From positions 310,001 to 374,000 of the forward strand of contig SMSO01000035.1 in NCBI GenBank assembly GCA_004764695.1: 64,000 nucleotides of DNA. Reading direction: 5' to 3'. The first letter of the stretch is position 1; each line of letters opens with the position of its first letter. A program made the translations under genes and the position numbers. Shown here piece by piece: positions 59,054 through 64,000 of the stretch. The stretch comes from Schizochytrium sp. TIO01. Its lineage: Eukaryota > Protista > Bigyra: Labyrinthulomycetes. The notes under the pieces are model-generated. The model saw only the letters and a program-made list of their open reading frames with translations. It was not told where the DNA came from and did no database searches.

Positions 59054-60483
59054 CTAAGAATAGTTTGCAATAGCAAACAGTTTCCGAGATACAAGAACAA
59101 TGCATAAAAAGTTGACAATGTCTTTAAAATGTGGGAAATATGGACGCAGCCCAACTATACTGATCCCTGCGCACTTTTGCAATATGCGACGTTGGGCAAC
59201 ATTCTGTATGAAATCCAGCACAATTAAAATAGCGCATCGAATGAGAGTGGATCTTTGGAAACTTCCAGCAACTAAAAAGTCTTTGGTCATTTGCAAAGCG
59301 CACGCTGAAAACAAAACGATTTCTCCCCAATTTCTTCGTCATGTATGTGCAGAGCAAGCTTTTGGCGAGAAAGAGATGTACGCACAGTAATCCAGTCCAC
59401 TAAAAGAGGAAACCTTTGGAGATTTCCTTCATAGTATGTATGCGATTTGGCTGCGAAATGTTGCATGGTAGTGATATTGATGTACGTCCCAGAAATCTCT
59501 GCAATAGAATTCATAATTGCCGAAATAAAAAAGGCATCTCTCGACTCTAATTGTAAGATTGCTATCTGCCCTGCGAAGTAATATGTGCATTTTACCATGA
59601 TGGAGTAAAAGGAGAACACATTCTTCGAAGATTTTGATTGGAAAGTAGATAAAAGCAAAAAACTGAGGAAATCGGCAACAATAAAGCGTCCAAATCCTAA
59701 TGATATTGCCGGATAAACGAATCCGGAGACCAGAAACTCCACAACCCAATCATGTGATAATCCACAAAAGTATCCGTATTCTACAATAACAAACATAGAC
59801 ATTGCTGCACTGAAAGCTGTGAACGCACTTACAAAGAGAGAGTGCAACAGGTTCCTTTGCATACTTCCTGTGAGAAATTGAGCAACTTGGGTATTAACAG
59901 CACCTGAACCACCATATACAAGACTCGCAAATAGTACGCTTGTGTGCAATGACCAAGGAAAACCGTGCGCTTTAGCAACACTGAGGAAAGTTACGATTGT
60001 GCAAATTAATGAAGATAGAGTAAGGACGATTTCCCAGAATTTGAAACCAAAATCTCGATACATAATGCCTAATGTAATTGAAAAACATGATACAATTGTT
60101 GAATAAACTACAACAAAATGGTTATCAGTCCAATATCCCGCGCTTTTTCTATACAATAGTTCATCCATACTCAGCAAAAAACATAAAAGCAGAATACTGG
60201 GGAATACTTTGAATTCCCAAACAAGCATGTTCAGAATTTCTTCTTTCCAAGAGTGATGATTGTCAACCAGTTGTCCTATTTCGGCGAGGCTAGCTGATTT
60301 GATGATTTCAAGACTACGATCTGCAAGGCGAAATGACGATGTGGAACGAACAAACTTGTTCGCCCCTTCAGGCGAACCAACAATGTTTTCGGCATGACTT
60401 AACGGTGCGACTTGGGTCCCTCTGGCAGGGCCCCATTGTGCTGCTATTGTAGGGGTCAGATTATTGATCATCTTTTTAAGCAT
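59054..60483 (-). CDS. Uncharacterised multipass membrane protein, array member F, frameshifted at about 59320-59322 (476 aa if restored; sequencing error or young pseudogene)
   Basis: ORF 60483-59287 carries the family motifs up to HIHDEEIGEK. ORF 59314-59054 carries the rest (DFIQNVAQRRIL...GIS). Adding one A after GGG GAG AAA gives GEKIVLFSACAL. Confidence 0.85.
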
Positions 60484-62041
60484 CCACTCTTCTGTTCCTC
60501 CATAATTCGGTTGCCATGAAGCATTTGAAGTTTTGCATAGGCCTCAGAGCGCTCAAATATAATCCAGCAAAGGTTGTTAACGGCATAAAATTGGTACAGA
60601 GGCACGTTCTAAACATTTACTAGGAAGATTGTGGTGGTAGTTAGTACGTTATCTTTAAAAGGTGAAAGGCATTGTGCACTCTGGGTAAAATGTATGAGCA
60701 AGAGTACATGAAATCAGACAGCACACAATGCGTAGGTCTTCGTAAGAAGACAGTACTCACTAGTCCGTCGCTAATTCTAACTGGTAACGTGCAATCATTT
60801 GTCTTTAGATCTCTAGAGAAGTTTTCTTATTTGGGACAAATCCAGTTTATTTTTTAGTTTTGAACGCGGTCTGATTGGTAGATGGCATCAATTCATCACA
60901 CTTTTGCTTTGCCGTGCATTTGCTACTGTACGTTCTTTGTCTTACTTGGTTCATTGCACGTCTTGCGCTTCTTTTGCTTTGGGTGTAGATTATGCATATG
61001 TATTAGAATGGTTGCTTTTTAAACAATTATTTACTACCTTGTTCTATTTTCTAAAACATGACTTTTAGGAAAATAAAACATATATAGAAAAAATGGCATT
61101 TTGTCACTACTACTATTACTATTACTAAGCGCCCAACTACTACAAGAAGAAGAACAAGAAGAAAGAGACCATAAAACGGCGCATGTCTCTTATACACTTA
61201 ACCCCGCTGACAAAGGTGGCTTGCAGCATGTCGATTACAGTAAATAGTAGCTTGTGTCTAATCCTATAATAAGGGCTTTTTCGCTGAGAGCAACTAGGAA
61301 AGGACAGCTTGGTCCTTGATTGCCAATAAAAACTCTTAGAATGAACACTTATACTCCAAGAGACTTGCATTCTATAGGTATCAAGATACCGAATTTAACT
61401 ATTTATAATGAAGCATACCAGTTCGGTTTAACTATAAGTTAGTTCCAGTTAGTGCATTCTATTCAGCGCTTTTGCAAATGTGTTACACGCCTGTCTGGAT
61501 TTGACAGCAGCTCCTTTCCTATGCATGTATCCTCCCACTCGATGTTTTGTTGTCGTTGCAATCGCGAAGTGCGGCTATGGATCGATGCTAGTCACCATTC
61601 AATAGATCGATATAAATTTAACTTTTAAAAAAGAGATGTTTTAAATCCTCCTTTCTTTCCTCTTCTGATATACAATAACATCTAGCATTCTAAAAGAATT
61701 GACTATATATGCATTTCCAATGGTATAATATTTTCAGTGCAGTACGTACAATGGTGGAAAGTTGAAATTGCAAAGGCCGCAGTAAACGGAATATGAATTA
61801 GAAAACTTAAATTTTGCTACTGTTATGGCCTAGGGGCCGATGTAAGCTCACAACATCAAGTAGAAGTACATCGTACCGACTTTTTTTTATGAAGAACAAT
61901 TAATTGTCGGTAGCGAGGAACATGATAGATTTTCTGCTGGAATGTGCAACCTTTCCCCCCTATTTCGGTTGCACGCTCATAGTTTACCTCTTAACATAAG
62001 ACAAATCTTTTGGATGAGCGATGATTTCACAAATTCATTTG

Positions 62042-63493
62042 TTAGGTCCAATTGCGATCACTCACCGTCGCCCTAAAAAAATTTAGTGTCAAAAGAATGC
62101 TGCACAAAATCAAAAGGCTTTCTTGAAGTGGTAATATTTTTGGTTTGATCACAGCCAGATTTAGCCCCGTTAGTTGGTAAAGGATCCGTCTTTGGCATAG
62201 GTCCTGACCGTGTTCTACAAATGCAAGGATCAAGCCACGAATGCAGACCCCTACTGGAGATACACCATAGTTTATAGACATGTAAATTGCTACAAATGTT
62301 GCAGCAAATATAACAACTTTTTCTCCAAGGCCTTCATCATGCATGTGTAAAAGAAGGCGCTCAGTAGCAAGGTCTGCTCGGATAACAAGCATTGTCACAA
62401 ATGTGGTTCTCGGTACTGGACCTTCCTGTCGAGATTTTAACTTCTTCTGCATATATAATGTAGCTTTAATATTTGCATATGTACCCAAAAGCTCCGTAAG
62501 AGATGTAATGAATATTGAGAGAGCAAATGCATAAGGTGATTGTAGAAATAGAATTGCAGTCTGTCCCGAAAAGTAGAATGCAATCTTGACAAGAAGAGTA
62601 TATCCGGACATGATCGTTCGACGAGATCCGTTTGGAAACATCCATAGCAACACAAAACTAACGACATCTGCGACTAAGAATCTTCCTACGAGGATGCAGA
62701 TAATAGGGTATAGGATTCCTGTAATGATCATCTCCATGAGCCAATCTGTAATGTGTGATACGACATAACCATATTGAAAAATCACAAATACAGATGACCA
62801 GCCGACCACACCCATCAGCAAAGAAGTTAGTATTGTTGGTTTTGAACACGCCCTTCCTCCCTCGATTATTTGTGCAATGAAACTCTGAAGAAAAGCGCTA
62901 ATTCCAAATATGAGACAAAGAATGAAAAGAGACATTTGATCATTCCATGGGAAACCTTGTTGTACACAGACCATCAACAGGCTTGCAGTGCAAGCTGACT
63001 TCCCCAAGACAATGAGCGCAATGCTAAAGGGATGAAGCTCAAAATTGAGATAGGTCAGAACAATAAACACAGTGAAGTAAACGTCGCCCATAACAAAGTA
63101 TACCATTAAAGGGGACGCCGGAGAGTCATCTTTCAAGAATGGATCAATATAATATGTAAATGCATCATTCAGACCTATGCTTACCACGAGCATCAAGATA
63201 AGGGGCACAAGCTTGAAAGTCCAGGTGAAGATGTGAATAATATCTTGTAGTAGCGTAGGTGTGGCTTTCGCATCGTTATGCAGCTCCAAAATACTTGGCG
63301 TACGAAATTGTCTGCCATTTATAAATGTTGGTGTAAAGTCACTTCCTATTTGACTCTTGTCTGGTTCAGATTCGGTGCTTCTCTGAATGTTGCTTTGCTG
63401 ACTTTCAAAGCTCTGCTCCCTTTCGCAAAGCTGTAGACTCTCGCAACATGATTCAGGTGCAGGGGTAACACGAGCTGTTCCTTTTCCAGACAT
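62042..63493 (-). CDS. Uncharacterised multipass membrane protein, array member G (483 aa)
   Basis: First ATG at 63493 (MSGKGTARVTP). Motifs FRTPSI, GFPW, YPIICILVGRFLVADVVSF, TLLVKIAFY..GQ, ERLLLHMHDEGLGEK, EHGQDLCQRR. Confidence 0.9.
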   Translation of the reverse strand: MSGKGTARVTPAPESCCESLQLCEREQSFESQQSNIQRSTESEPDKSQIGSDFTPTFINGRQFRTPSILELHNDAKATPTLLQDIIHIFTWTFKLVPLILMLVVSIGLNDAFTYYIDPFLKDDSPASPLMVYFVMGDVYFTVFIVLTYLNFELHPFSIALIVLGKSACTASLLMVCVQQGFPWNDQMSLFILCLIFGISAFLQSFIAQIIEGGRACSKPTILTSLLMGVVGWSSVFVIFQYGYVVSHITDWLMEMIITGILYPIICILVGRFLVADVVSFVLLWMFPNGSRRTIMSGYTLLVKIAFYFSGQTAILFLQSPYAFALSIFITSLTELLGTYANIKATLYMQKKLKSRQEGPVPRTTFVTMLVIRADLATERLLLHMHDEGLGEKVVIFAATFVAIYMSINYGVSPVGVCIRGLILAFVEHGQDLCQRRILYQLTGLNLAVIKPKILPLQESLLILCSILLTLNFFRATVSDRNWT

Positions 63494-64000
63494 AGTGCCA
63501 TGAGCGCTACACTGAGTTGCAAACAAGCATTTTCGAAATGTATATTAGCCTTGGACGTTATTTCTGAAGGCTTACTTTACACCGTCATGATGAAGGCTAC
63601 AAGTTATACGAGTCACAAAAGACACTGTGAGAGAAGAGGGAAATCGTACTTCTTTGTATAACATCATAAGACTACTTATCAATCCTTCTGGTTCCCAACT
63701 ATATCTGATATTTAAAGTGCGTAGTCGCTACAGCTATGGCTATTACGGTAATCATGAGCTTAAATGTACTACGATGAATATCCGTTGAAATCTTGCATAA
63801 AAATCTTCTCCGGCAAGCCTCCCACACATGCTAACATATAAGCCTCACTTTGATTTCCGTGCTTCCGATGGAGGTTCAAATACACTTTCACATAATCACA
63901 ACACAAAACGTTTTAAAAGATGCGTTTCAGAATCCGTGCCGGACCAAAGGAGTCCTTCAAGTTGCGCGCTGTTTTGAAATCACTCCCGACATGCAAAGAG

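Noticed and set aside
60509-60523. GTTGCCATG (RFX X-box-like half-site) upstream of member F, with GTTGCC also near members A, C and D
   Set aside because: Only 6-9-bp half-sites, with inconsistent orientation and distance. RFX factors are not established in stramenopiles.
1-64000. CRISPR arrays, tRNA/rRNA genes, telomeric arrays, transposase or reverse-transcriptase ORFs
   Set aside because: None recognised by eye. Isolated AAACCCTAA words (about 6311 and 58548) are single copies. A covariance-model scan would be needed to exclude small ncRNAs.

Overview
This is eukaryotic nuclear DNA: it has GT-AG spliceosomal introns, long AT-rich intergenic spacers and microsatellites. The gene content and intron-poor style suggest a stramenopile protist, most likely a thraustochytrid/labyrinthulomycete (inference, not verified). 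The first ~45 kb hold scattered, mostly single-exon genes: a signal-peptide + PA-domain + 7TM receptor-like protein, a 41-aa dual-acylation microprotein missed by the ORF track, a COPI-associated/Tvp15-like protein, an atypical classical protein tyrosine phosphatase, mitochondrial GatC, a Dcr2-type metallophosphoesterase (1 intron), a CxxC-less thioredoxin-fold ER membrane protein (1 intron), a putative PP1-docking protein, a dynactin p22/p24-like protein, a coiled-coil protein, V-ATPase subunit H, two bacterial-like LiaF-C/DUF1707-associated paralogs, NADH-cytochrome b5 reductase (1 intron), a frameshifted malonyl-CoA:ACP transacylase and a CRAL-TRIO protein. The last ~18 kb (45.5-63.5 kb) are a head-to-tail array of seven diverged, intronless paralogs. 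Each encodes a ~450-490 aa protein with about 10-11 TM segments, from a family I cannot assign. They share an N-terminal (R/K/Q)-V-x-P motif, a [RK]-[ST]-x-S motif, invariant intramembrane charged residues including a TM lysine, and an H-x-H-D-E-x-x-G-E-K motif. This array is the best candidate for an undescribed system, possibly a flagellar sensory receptor or channel repertoire. No tRNA, rRNA, CRISPR array or intact transposon was recognised.
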